A stretch of DNA of 64,000 nt from a virus. Taxonomy: Duplodnaviria > Caudoviricetes. Position numbers and translations under genes: made by a program. Positions 13,701 through 20,331 of the stretch are shown piece by piece. Location: IMG/VR virus record IMGVR_UViG_2974671799_000001, positions 96,001 through 160,000 of that record; one strand, 5' to 3'. The notes under the pieces are model-generated. The model was given only the letters and a program-made list of their open reading frames with translations, was not told the origin of the DNA and searched no databases. Position 1 is the first letter of the stretch. Every line of letters starts with the position of its first letter.

Positions 13701-14461
13701 ACTTCACCAGTATTCTCCCCAATAGTAACATCAAATAAACTAGAACCATCATGTGTTATATATTGTGTACCATCATAAGTAAAACCAACGATAGCACCAT
13801 CTGAAATAGCACTAGGTACTGATAGTTTAAAAACATCTAAATTTAAAGCTATTACTTTATAATCTTCTAAAACAACAGTTTCCTCGTATTTGTCAATAAA
13901 TGTAAATGTTTGCTCTTCTGCAACACTAACACCACCATCAGCATCGATAACTAAACGTCTATTTGCATTACCTTCACCAAATTCAGAATCTAATTTTTTA
14001 TCAATATCACTTTTCAAATCAGAAGCAGTACCTTCATAAGTACCTTTATCCAATTTATTACCAATTTCATTGATATTATTGATTTGCTCTGCTGTTAAAT
14101 TAACATCATTTGAAATTACGTTCCAATCTGAACCATCATATAATTTAAGGCTTTTATCACTTAAATCATACCATAATGACCCAATTGCTAAATTCGTTGT
14201 CGGTGCTGTGTTTGAATAGTACACAACACTTGATGAATTTGAATCATCTTGCGCATCCTCAATATCCTGTAAATCGGCTATTTTAGTAAGAGTACCCATG
14301 ATGTTAAGGTAAATACCATCATTAACTACATATCCGAATAAAGCGTCTTCATTAAGCTCTTGTGTAGCCTCTTCAACGCTTCCGAATCTTTGTAATTTTT
14401 GACCAATAATAGTACCTTTTTTCTGTAGGTTTATGTCTTGACCTGTTTTAATTTGTTTCAT
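4772..14461 (-). CDS. Giant modular virion fibre / adhesin-like protein (3229 aa)
   Basis: Four blocks of ~14-aa Gly/Asn repeats (IGxxAGxxNTG, beta-solenoid-like). Each is followed by a D.....IT.T.HG.G...IDANT..F domain and a TKSNQ..LG...EVYS.G.FKS...KHL linker. Three copies of a K.G..LP.W..W domain; C-terminal beta-helix-like region. Confidence 0.8.
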   Translation of the reverse strand: MKQIKTGQDINLQKKGTIIGQKLQRFGSVEEATQELNEDALFGYVVNDGIYLNIMGTLTKIADLQDIEDAQDDSNSSSVVYYSNTAPTTNLAIGSLWYDLSDKSLKLYDGSDWNVISNDVNLTAEQINNINEIGNKLDKGTYEGTASDLKSDIDKKLDSEFGEGNANRRLVIDADGGVSVAEEQTFTFIDKYEETVVLEDYKVIALNLDVFKLSVPSAISDGAIVGFTYDGTQYITHDGSSLFDVTIGENTGEVQYGTSIDAKDIFKGFYDIFLLKTGVRLPHWETWSNDQSNNTIIIMPKGGYGSTVDFSLMGSVNIYDGVQQSIPSFQDDNVSTYESIETNLIALMKVEDNNGTITREFFKGDYKIEPTPTEWSLITKLSHLEQDIEYLQEGDAVPYTGAKDNVVLGDNYLDAGKEVEVLNTARFNKVILSNGTDIIKTQKERFVIGAWHPSESFLIGSGSGNANKGYRFLGIGINAGGQNQGDDTVGIGNGVLFNNTGHRVVGIGYAAGQNNTGSQSLISGYATGVNNSGVGATLLGYQAGHDNTANGGVFIGDTTGYSNTGLHSIGIGYWTAHRNTGEYSIGIGFKSLKDNKGANTLGIGANTLRYNTFNNNTAIGYNSVGDFNTDASTEKQINDVTTDVDVATNRITITSHGFGNVGDIVNLKYNLSGGGTAIGGLTVYFNNDSEANTFEIIDANTIEFLNANGITSTGDNTGTHTLTAQFVIENSTALGANSNFTKSNQIMLGDENINEVYSQGVFKSNADVTEITEDKHLISKEYFEDKGVPYTGATQKLNLGTQELELGYIEEVSTKSKYFVPFLYNGAPNYLRFQREYWNGSDWATTNGIGLGNNALINTSAPSGIGIGENSAHSNSGDSVIAIGNYAMSNNNGDSSIGIGTNAGNANTGNQSTFVGHSAGSSNSGVQTVAYGASAGFSNSGSRLVAVGYRAGYTNSGVNSTFIGHESGRGNTGSSNTGLGYRSLYGNQGNFNVALGYNVMSDNGGSATQSIGIGHSVLNRATGSNNIGIGHSSSWWSLSNNNVAIGSHTLTYLNEGSDTNTAIGYGSMSDFITENTFTTNNTNDFDVSNNLITITGHGLGSISRIVYLRYKRIVGSDNIGIPHSSSGTISQFEVIDANTLRPVTFTLSSAGTSGSTHQFETLKEFTNTTSLGANSYATKSNQVMLGDANVDEVYSYGVFKSEADVNEISDPKHLVTIEYLESNSNDTVETKILTDGYYQSLENIDTRDFNIYKSLGNALVSFEYNGVTHVLPSGTVTTFRYDTHVGELYPNTDDTEYWFAKFYEVFETKTGLKLPDWRYWKVDGNTLKIPSSGFGVTADMSLLTKISTKNTANSLVESIGTDGSNNIFETERIRGLVTKILNKKDNSITYKLDDGLEVSVENELQLTDLFNKSHGSNQNLDLGENILNSNNSNFINDTAIHFEPFTVNDVVPFRVQNKYWGGSSWVNALAYGIGQNTLLNNKGARVSAYGIESAMNNTGGDSNAYGYQALKNNTGSNVAGFGNWALESNSGIEVSGFGHNVLRNNTGLRATGMGVNAGTNNTGGYLVAIGGSAGANNTGTSSVFVGYQSGQSNTGNYVNGIGHDALKGNTGTTVLGFGYRAGMNNNSNFVIALGSRALHDNTASNSIGIGESAGFSNSGSNSTFIGDYSGQNNTGLRFVGIGSYTGQNNTGDRAIFIGYTAGATNLGDNTIGMGEQSLEKNVGDNNIGIGYRSGRYVEGSSNTFIGHEAWYEFTEDTTNHKVISNANIDHANERLTVTSHGLGSTGKTILVKFTTAGTFPSGLNSTTVFPMEIIDANTLEFKNHVMNDAGTGDLTLIPQLKITNSVALGFRSKPTKSNQVVLGGDFTEEVYSEGLFKSNVEIAEITDDKHLATREFVLANGGKNIWKPLTNKFSMIPKNSVFQDTSVASNNSPMILIPLTLTTGGKFEVDFSVFSNQTGNHPVKFSTKFAVSMNESTPSVTVSDANAILLTSSNTNYILEIGQFNGTLSTWNGLTYLCININTTTDALDAYSQVVVERLTFTPSSFSTNVTSYIDDLYENITFTTKRFGNITNSATLSENDMLPSTSVKDTNALIGESTGVHYDMGDTNVITTNMNKSSNYAVTGFVYNGTDYFLHGGSSATDFTYGTETGEIYSNTEDPKVWFKRLYEFFETNVGVTLPDWRTWKIDSNSLVIPNTGYGSTYNYTLFESLHTVSSSGSLITSNTTTTNFVGYTSEPMTLQTIKVENTSDDSLVKYKLDNGDEVEVLTWKQIDSLSSFENDQGFVTSNDAVPYTGAINDVNLGDRYLLSNNITERTNFARHYAPLRVKNNEIRLRFQSEYWNGSSWGSTSGVGLGLEALSGSKGLGGTGIGDYALQNNTGNYAVAIGGSSGVNNTGHNSIGIGSSALYANSADNVVAIGGSSAQSNTGSNSIGIGHQSLFSNSGQNAIGIGYQSGGNNTGTGSIGIGFQSIYYNTVAYTIGIGYQAGRNNTGQSATLVGYHAGRDANSYAGIGIGSASIFSADANYLIGIGNNAGYSNKGQQSISIGYSSGAYSSNEYGIAIGSNAGERSTGNNNTAIGRNSLKYAVGDSNTALGQDAFNDIITYNDKSIADNNTDIDIANDRITINSHGFGANGSVTLIQYSVSSGGTSISGLSPSVPIRIEIIDANTFEFVDNTINSIGSGTHTFSLLYSFQNSTAIGHNAQPTKSNQVVLGDNIVTEVYSDGVFKSNASVSEITEDKHLVTVEYLENVPNDGNFAIVKSGAITHTPAFGNINKYFNDINDVLDEIRTNTTKYDYSDFKIILVGNNNTFTINNDESYNYRGITIQSSSPVTLRIETNTNLYDSKILINDGIIEVLSPKSLKMYDSIDIIAKKVRNVTGGAGNNNPITMATSGDDSKINIVNVNVAEYEINRDLGGQGIMSGFGFDEINLTIGKLICTQTTSSSLYMIQHAPREGQIGTYNFNIGEVDVTGVTGGYVVLFNNCGLSPIAMTNGDYSVKYGGTFNIELGDIKGGTNFHDFRVFNGLQSGIFNFKMHGTIDHINAGILLHTNSFFRLHFTATGYIESTNNTRYLFDCQDQTRGTTGDFDKSFVHLKDLVYKNDSVNARVARTRFGQRDYSGTLYDPLRLIIENVDFESANATNAIIVDADSVNNYPITRTNPVIEFRGTNKFLMVNTATYLLQASPDATADAYTVKALVNNGKIMHNAVNANYADGREIVNNDTRFTNIL

Positions 14462-14561
14462 ATTAAAATATATGTTTAATTTGTTAAAACTTTTTGAAAT
14501 ATTTAAGTATTTCTGTTAGTTTATATATCGTTTCAAGCCAAAAATATTGACTTTTAGGAAT

Positions 14562-14594
14562 AAAAAAAGTTGCATCATTTGATGCAACTTTTTT
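14562..14594 (-). terminator. Terminator after major capsid gene
   Basis: AAAAAAAGTTGCATC-ATTT-GATGCAACTTTTTT hairpin. Confidence 0.85.
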
Positions 14595-14615
14595 AATATT
14601 AGTGTTTTAGTTAGA

Positions 14616-16388
14616 TTATATCCAACTTCCAAATCCAGTTTCTAATGCGATAGTTAAGTAATTTAACTCAGGGTGGAATCCAGCAGGTAAAAGAGCATAT
14701 CTAGAAGCTACTAAGAACTTGATAGACATTGTTCCCTCTGGAATAGTAGTTACAGTACTTACTAAATCGTAAGGCATGAACTTTAATCCTGAATCACTTT
14801 CGTTACCTTTACGCCCAATTAATACACGAGTATCAGTCCAATCCATATTAGGGTCACAGAATACCTCTAAGTTAGCGATTTTACCTAATCTATATAATCC
14901 CGCAGTATTACCTGAAATAGTACTAGCGTGGCTGTTCACTTCTGTTAAAGAGTCAACTAATGCCGCCTTTACTTGTGAGTTAACTACAGCAAAATCACCT
15001 TCTCCCTTACGAGATAAGTTGTTGATTAATGCTTGTGCCGCAAGTAATTTAGATTGAATCTTTCTTGCTCTTGTTAATTGGTTTTCAGCAGAACTATTTG
15101 TCTCAGAATTTTTAACAGCTCCAAAAACTCCTGAACGGTCAACATCCATAATATCTTTAAACTCTCCTGTCTCAGAAGCTAAGAATCCGAATGTATTCAT
15201 TGCCTTTGTTCCTACAGATGCAGGTGCTGTAAATAAGTTCAAATCAGCACCTTTAGATACTGCCGCGCTCGCCGCAGTTGTTACACCTAACTTGAATAAA
15301 GTCTTGGTAATGTGCTTGTTAATAGATTGAGATAACTCATTTTGCGCAGCCTTAAATAACTCTGTATAAACATCGATACCATAAGCTCCTAAGTCAGTTA
15401 CTTGGTGTCTTGTAGATTCACCTTCAATTGCATATTCAACAGGAGCAACTTGCTTAGTATAGAAACGTAAACCGATTCTAGAAGTAGTTCCTTTCTCTGC
15501 AACTTCTCTTGGGTCAGGATTCTCAGTAACTTGGTCAACAGTACTTGCCGCTTGAATGTGATTATCTAAAGCAGATACGTGTTTTGCTAAGAAAGCAGAA
15601 CCTAAATGTTGGATATCTCCTGCAACAACATCACCCGCTTCATCAGTTGGTGCTAAACCTGCCTCTGCTACAGCATTCATTACAGATAATACAGAATTAG
15701 TAGTATCAGCAACGAAAGCATTAGTTGTAGCGTTATAAGAACCCGCATTTACAACTTTTAAGATTAAACTTGCATCGATACGAGATTTACCCATATAAAT
15801 ACCCTCGATAGCTAAACCGTCTTGTAAAGCTGTTCCGTTAGAAGGAGTGATATATAAAGTATTACCCTTTACTAACTTGCTATAATCTAATCCCTCAGTT
15901 CCGATGATACCACCACTTACAGAGATATAAGAAATTTTGTGTTCAGCAGAATCTAAACGACCGCCCGCATAAACGATATCTAAGAAACCGTAAGTTGTTA
16001 AAGGCATATCGATTGGAATAGTAGGTACTAAATCTAATCCGATAGTTTGCGCGGCAACGTTCATAGCGATTCCTAAACGAGCAGTTGTGAAATCAGAACC
16101 ACCTTGATAAGCCTTATCCATAGATTGACCAACTGTACCATTTGGATTTTGTGGGTTTACAAAACTACCCATAGTTGGCATCTGTGCAGGAGTTGTTGCA
16201 CCGTAAGATTCTAAAATGTTCTGTCCTTGTAATAACGGACTTCCGTTAGCGTGGATAGATTCTGTAATTGCACAAATTTTAGCAATTGTTTCTAATTTTT
16301 GTTGATTCTCAACACCTGTAGATTCAGTAATTAATGCACCGAATTTTTCCTTTGCTACAGATGGATTAATTTTTTGATATTTTACCAT
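14616..16388 (-). CDS. gp23: Major capsid protein (T4 gp23-like)
   Basis: TIGLDLVPTIPIDMP, QNELSQSINKHI, GKIANLEVFCDP, GLKFMPY and C-terminal SRYAL motifs of gp23-type HK97-fold capsids; lies directly downstream of the protease/scaffold gene. Confidence 0.9.
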   Translation of the reverse strand: MVKYQKINPSVAKEKFGALITESTGVENQQKLETIAKICAITESIHANGSPLLQGQNILESYGATTPAQMPTMGSFVNPQNPNGTVGQSMDKAYQGGSDFTTARLGIAMNVAAQTIGLDLVPTIPIDMPLTTYGFLDIVYAGGRLDSAEHKISYISVSGGIIGTEGLDYSKLVKGNTLYITPSNGTALQDGLAIEGIYMGKSRIDASLILKVVNAGSYNATTNAFVADTTNSVLSVMNAVAEAGLAPTDEAGDVVAGDIQHLGSAFLAKHVSALDNHIQAASTVDQVTENPDPREVAEKGTTSRIGLRFYTKQVAPVEYAIEGESTRHQVTDLGAYGIDVYTELFKAAQNELSQSINKHITKTLFKLGVTTAASAAVSKGADLNLFTAPASVGTKAMNTFGFLASETGEFKDIMDVDRSGVFGAVKNSETNSSAENQLTRARKIQSKLLAAQALINNLSRKGEGDFAVVNSQVKAALVDSLTEVNSHASTISGNTAGLYRLGKIANLEVFCDPNMDWTDTRVLIGRKGNESDSGLKFMPYDLVSTVTTIPEGTMSIKFLVASRYALLPAGFHPELNYLTIALETGFGSWI

Positions 16389-16435
16389 TTGTTTTTTAAA
16401 ATTTAGTGTCCTTTCAGACTTTGTTTATAATTTAC

Positions 16436-18019
16436 TTATTTTTGTAGTGATTTAGCCCATTGCACTAATGGATTGTTCACAACTTCACTCGACTTTGATT
16501 CGTTAATGTTTTCTTGAATCGCTTTAACGTTATTATTATTAAAACGTCCAATCCAAAAACGTGTCATTTGACTTTCATTTACGAACTCTCTACTCTCAGC
16601 TTGCTCAAAAACAAAGTTTTTAAACTCTTCTGTAGAAGATTCCCATAAATGTTTAACGGTGTTTGGCATTGCTTCAAGTAACGTTTGTTTTTTCTCTTCG
16701 GCTTCCGTGATTTGCTTTTGCTTCTCAACTTCAACAGCCTCATTCACTAAACGCTCCTTTTCTTTAGCTCTAGTCATAGATTCAAGTTGCTCTTCAATTC
16801 TTTCAGATAATGACTTCTGTTCACCACCCTCATTGATTTGCTCTTCTTGATTCTCATTTATTGATTCATCAACTTGTTTACCATCGTTTGGTTTATCGTC
16901 TTCTTTAGACTTATCACCACCATCGTTAGTATCTACTTCTTCTTTAGCTTTATCACCATTTTTAGTATCTTCATTTGCATTTTCTTCTTCTTCTTCCTCA
17001 GTCTCATTTTTAGACTCTAATAATGCTTTAAAATCATCATTTAGAGACTCTAAGAACCAACCTTGGATAGCAGGCGCAAACTCATTTACAGTCCATTTTT
17101 GATAAGCCATCGCAGACTCATTTTGTGCTTCCATAACCTCTTCCATAATCTGAGGTCGGAAATGCTCATTTAAGTAGTTTAATTGATTTGGTGCAAATTC
17201 TTTGATTACCCAGTTTTGAGTAGCTCTACCAAATTTAACCATTGACTCGTGAAGTAAGTTTTGCATCTTTAATTCAGATTTCTCGATAATCTTTGTTAAG
17301 TTTTCATTGAAGAATTTCTCAACAATATCTAAATCTAAATTTTGTGAACTCTCAGTAACTAACTCAGCTTTTAACTCAGCTTTTAACGACTCCTTTAATG
17401 CCTCAACATCAATAGACTCTGTTACTTGTTTTTCTTCACCATCCAATGAATAACAAGCTGTCTCAATTATATATGTTTCACCTTCAACTTCTGACTCCAT
17501 TACATCAACCACAGCTTGTGAAAACCCTGGTTTGTAAACTAAATCAAACGTCTCTAAAACACTCAATTTCACCTCTTTAGATTCGGTTACAACACCTTTA
17601 CCTCTAGATGAAATCTTTAATTTAAGACCTCTTTTTACAAGCTTTTGCATTAACTTACCTTTATCAGTATCTAATAAAAGAATAGTTCCTGTTACAACAC
17701 CACTTTCACTAATATTAATAGATTCAAGTTTGTGTGATACATTATCCCATGTTAATTGCATTGTTTTTGGATGCTCAACTTCACCAAAAACAGCTTCATT
17801 TTGCATTCTAGCTTGTAATGACTCAACAACAGACTTGTAATTATCATAAGAATAAAAACGATTGTTGTTGTTCATAACTCCTGTTACACCAAATACACCA
17901 CTTAAACGCATACATCCATCAGGAACTTCACCTAGTGATTCATTGAATTTCGAATCTTTAGCACTCTCTAAAATTAAAGAGTTGGTCTTATTCAATGAAA
18001 TAATTACTTGTTCTTTCAT
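16436..18019 (-). CDS. gp21: Prohead protease (gp21-like) fused to acidic scaffold (gp22-like)
   Basis: N-terminal NNNNRFY, GEVEHP, VSH, ISSRGKG and FDLVYKPGF gp21 motifs; C-terminal ~350 aa acidic and coiled-coil-like with many xxES sites. Confidence 0.88.
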   Translation of the reverse strand: MKEQVIISLNKTNSLILESAKDSKFNESLGEVPDGCMRLSGVFGVTGVMNNNNRFYSYDNYKSVVESLQARMQNEAVFGEVEHPKTMQLTWDNVSHKLESINISESGVVTGTILLLDTDKGKLMQKLVKRGLKLKISSRGKGVVTESKEVKLSVLETFDLVYKPGFSQAVVDVMESEVEGETYIIETACYSLDGEEKQVTESIDVEALKESLKAELKAELVTESSQNLDLDIVEKFFNENLTKIIEKSELKMQNLLHESMVKFGRATQNWVIKEFAPNQLNYLNEHFRPQIMEEVMEAQNESAMAYQKWTVNEFAPAIQGWFLESLNDDFKALLESKNETEEEEEENANEDTKNGDKAKEEVDTNDGGDKSKEDDKPNDGKQVDESINENQEEQINEGGEQKSLSERIEEQLESMTRAKEKERLVNEAVEVEKQKQITEAEEKKQTLLEAMPNTVKHLWESSTEEFKNFVFEQAESREFVNESQMTRFWIGRFNNNNVKAIQENINESKSSEVVNNPLVQWAKSLQK

Positions 18020-18113
18020 GTATAATACTTTTTAAGTTTATATATTTGTTTATTATATATATGGTAGAAAGAACAAATGTACCGAGAAGATATAGGGGCG
18101 ATTTTTAGACAAT

Positions 18114-18146
18114 AAAAAACCGTAGAACTTTTTGTTCTACGGTTTG
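18114..18146 (-). terminator. Terminator downstream of the small peptide ORF
   Basis: AAACCGTAGAAC / GTTCTACGGTTT stem with T-run on the minus strand. Confidence 0.75.
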
Positions 18147-18199
18147 AAGTAAACATAATCAATTTTTAACCCCTAATAAAAAATGAAATGTTATTTGAA

Positions 18200-18304
18200 T
18201 TAGTTTCCTAATGCGTAAGAAGCACCTTTACCACAATCTTTTAAAAATTCTTTAAATGCTTTAAAAACTCTTCTTAATTCAATGTTAAATTTTTTCATAA
18301 TCAT
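18200..18304 (-). CDS. Small 34-aa peptide MIMKKFNIELRRVFKAFKEFLKDCGKGASYALGN
   Basis: Hand-translated, below the ORF-track cutoff. Has its own TATATTTG -7 element (18350-18357) and terminator; amphipathic helix pattern; alternative start 18298. Confidence 0.65.
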   Translation of the reverse strand: MIMKKFNIELRRVFKAFKEFLKDCGKGASYALGN

Positions 18305-18349
18305 TTAATTTTAATGTTTTTAATCCCCGTAATTAAAATAATTACAGTA

Positions 18350-18417
18350 CAAATATATTAACTATTTATTATTTAAAGTGTTAAATAAATGTTAAATAAA
18401 TGTTAAATAAATGTTAA
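18350..18417 (-). promoter_or_regulatory. Bacteroidetes-type -7 element with four 11-bp-phased TTAACA boxes
   Basis: Plus-strand TGTTAA at 18379, 18390, 18401 and 18412 (unit TGTTAAATAAA); minus-strand TATATTTG at 18350-18357, 21 bp from the nearest box. Confidence 0.7.
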
Positions 18418-18421
18418 AGTT

Positions 18422-18443
18422 AAAAAGCCCCTTTCGGGGCTTG
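18422..18443 (-). terminator. Terminator after A1-like gene
   Basis: Minus strand AAGCCCC-GAAA-GGGGCTTTTT. Confidence 0.85.
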
Positions 18444-18445
18444 TT

Positions 18446-20182
18446 TTATAATAATCCTGATAATGAATAATCATCACCAAAAATTAAAAGCTGTCTTTTA
18501 CCAGTATCATGAATAATATCATGTGCGTGTGCATGACTAGACATACCTTTTCTTGTATAATGTTGTTTTAAAGTAGCACTTAAACCTACACAATGACTAC
18601 CATTCATAATTGACGGACTGTGAGTGTGTGCAGTAGTTGTCTTACTACCCGATGATGCGAATTGTTTAACAGTTCCTTTAGAACCATTTGTGCCACTCTC
18701 ACCATGAGACGATATAACAATACCATTAATACGAACAGTTCTACCACATTCAATATAGTCAACATACTTTTTATTTTCATACCTCTTATTAACAAGATAT
18801 CCAAATAAGCACCCGTGTTCTGTTAAATCAGTAGATTGCATTATACTAGCATATTCTAAATATGTTGCGGAATTGTGTAAATCCTTCTTCCAATCCATAT
18901 CATTAATGTGTCTATCTAAGAACCAATCGTGATTCGATTCAATAACCAATATCTTATCACATTTGAAATCCTTCTTAACCATTTTCGGAAACTCTACAGC
19001 TTGCTCAACCTCATCTTTAATTAAGAATTTGCCTTGTAAAATCTTTTGACGCTGTAAATAATAATCACGTCTCTCATGTGGATTAAACCTATAACCATCT
19101 AAAACATCATGTAAAACAACATTTTTAGGTCTTAAAGATTTTGTTAATCTCTTTGTAGCTTCATATAACTTCATATCTAAAAGCTCTCTATGAATATCAC
19201 CCATTACCAAACCATCAACTTTTTTAATGATTGTGTGTTCACCATCCTTAATTCTAATATTCAAATCTGTGAATGTTCCATCAGTATCAGCAGAAACAGA
19301 ACGAGGAATATAACAAGTGTCTTTATCCTTCTTTTCAATGATTGTAAATCCATATGTGTGATTAAAGAATCCATCATCACCAGTTAATGAACGAGAATAA
19401 TTCTTAACACTTAATGCACCTGTAGATGCTCTAACTCTCAATGCATCACCTCTAAAACGTGGTGCTGTTTCTAAATGTATTCTAGGTGAACCAACAACTA
19501 AATGGTTATTTCCTGCGTGTGATGGCATACCTTTTAATGGTTCTTTCTTTGTTGGTCTAATATGTGAATCAGAAGAAATTACACAATCACCAAATTGAAT
19601 TTTATTATAGAATAAATATTTATCAACTTCAACATCCCACCATTGCATCCTAGCGTGTTTCTTAGATAATTGTTCAGCAGGACTCGTTGGATTTCTGTAT
19701 CTAGTAGGTATTACAATAATTTGAGCTTTCTTGTTAAATTTTTCTTTAAGAACTTCAATATATGTTTTGATATTTCCCCAAAGCTTATAATTTAAAGCTG
19801 TGGTGTTTTGTGCGGATGTAACGATTAAAATATCAGTATCTTCATCTATATTTCTTAATTGCGCTCGTTGTAGTTGAGGTGGTAATTTTGAAGCAGGTTT
19901 TGATAATTCTAGTTTAACCCACCATTCTCTAATGGTTCTGTCAGTAACACCAAATTTCTTTGTGAGTTTCTCACACTTCTCAACATGATTCAAATCATCA
20001 GAATAATAAATGGTTGTTATATACTGTATATCTTCATCTGTAAGTTTTCTGAAACCTTTCTTTGCGGTCTTTGAAATCTTAACATCATTTTCAATTCCGT
20101 TATTTGATTCTTTAGATTTTTTAGCCTTGGCTTTATTGTTATTTGATTTAACTTTAGCCTTGCTATCAGTCTTTTTACTCAT
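18446..20182 (-). CDS. T5 A1-like metallophosphoesterase-fold nuclease with N-terminal HTH
   Basis: Calcineurin-like motifs GDIH, HDVLDG, SNHD, SHG and AHTHS; VTSAQN and PTRYRNPT segments as in A1-type proteins; N-terminal KFGVTDRTIREW helix-turn-helix. Confidence 0.7.
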   Translation of the reverse strand: MSKKTDSKAKVKSNNNKAKAKKSKESNNGIENDVKISKTAKKGFRKLTDEDIQYITTIYYSDDLNHVEKCEKLTKKFGVTDRTIREWWVKLELSKPASKLPPQLQRAQLRNIDEDTDILIVTSAQNTTALNYKLWGNIKTYIEVLKEKFNKKAQIIVIPTRYRNPTSPAEQLSKKHARMQWWDVEVDKYLFYNKIQFGDCVISSDSHIRPTKKEPLKGMPSHAGNNHLVVGSPRIHLETAPRFRGDALRVRASTGALSVKNYSRSLTGDDGFFNHTYGFTIIEKKDKDTCYIPRSVSADTDGTFTDLNIRIKDGEHTIIKKVDGLVMGDIHRELLDMKLYEATKRLTKSLRPKNVVLHDVLDGYRFNPHERRDYYLQRQKILQGKFLIKDEVEQAVEFPKMVKKDFKCDKILVIESNHDWFLDRHINDMDWKKDLHNSATYLEYASIMQSTDLTEHGCLFGYLVNKRYENKKYVDYIECGRTVRINGIVISSHGESGTNGSKGTVKQFASSGSKTTTAHTHSPSIMNGSHCVGLSATLKQHYTRKGMSSHAHAHDIIHDTGKRQLLIFGDDYSLSGLL

Positions 20183-20226
20183 ATTTTATATTTGTTTTTT
20201 GATTTTACATATTCGTAATTTTTTTA

Positions 20227-20258
20227 CAAAAGTATAATAAAAATCTATATAAAACAAA
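20227..20258 (-). promoter_or_regulatory. Host-type (Bacteroidetes primary sigma) promoter of the A1-like gene
   Basis: Minus strand TTTG-N20-TACTTTTG. Confidence 0.7.
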
Positions 20259-20287
20259 AAAGATTGTAGAATTTCTACAATCTTTTT
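20256..20287 (-). terminator. Terminator after portal gene
   Basis: AAAAAGATTGTAGA-ATT-TCTACAATCTTTTT hairpin. Confidence 0.8.
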
Positions 20288-20331
20288 AAGACATACACCA
20301 AAAACGAAATATATTTCATTTTATGTTTTTA

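Noticed and set aside
4772-14461. Diversity-generating retroelement target or template repeats in the fibre gene
   Set aside because: The repeats are diverged protein-level duplications rather than adenine-specific near-identical pairs, and no reverse transcriptase is in the window
18379-18417. Tandem TGTTAAATAAA repeats as a CRISPR array or simple microsatellite
   Set aside because: No spacers and no cas genes; the position relative to a -7 element favours regulator boxes
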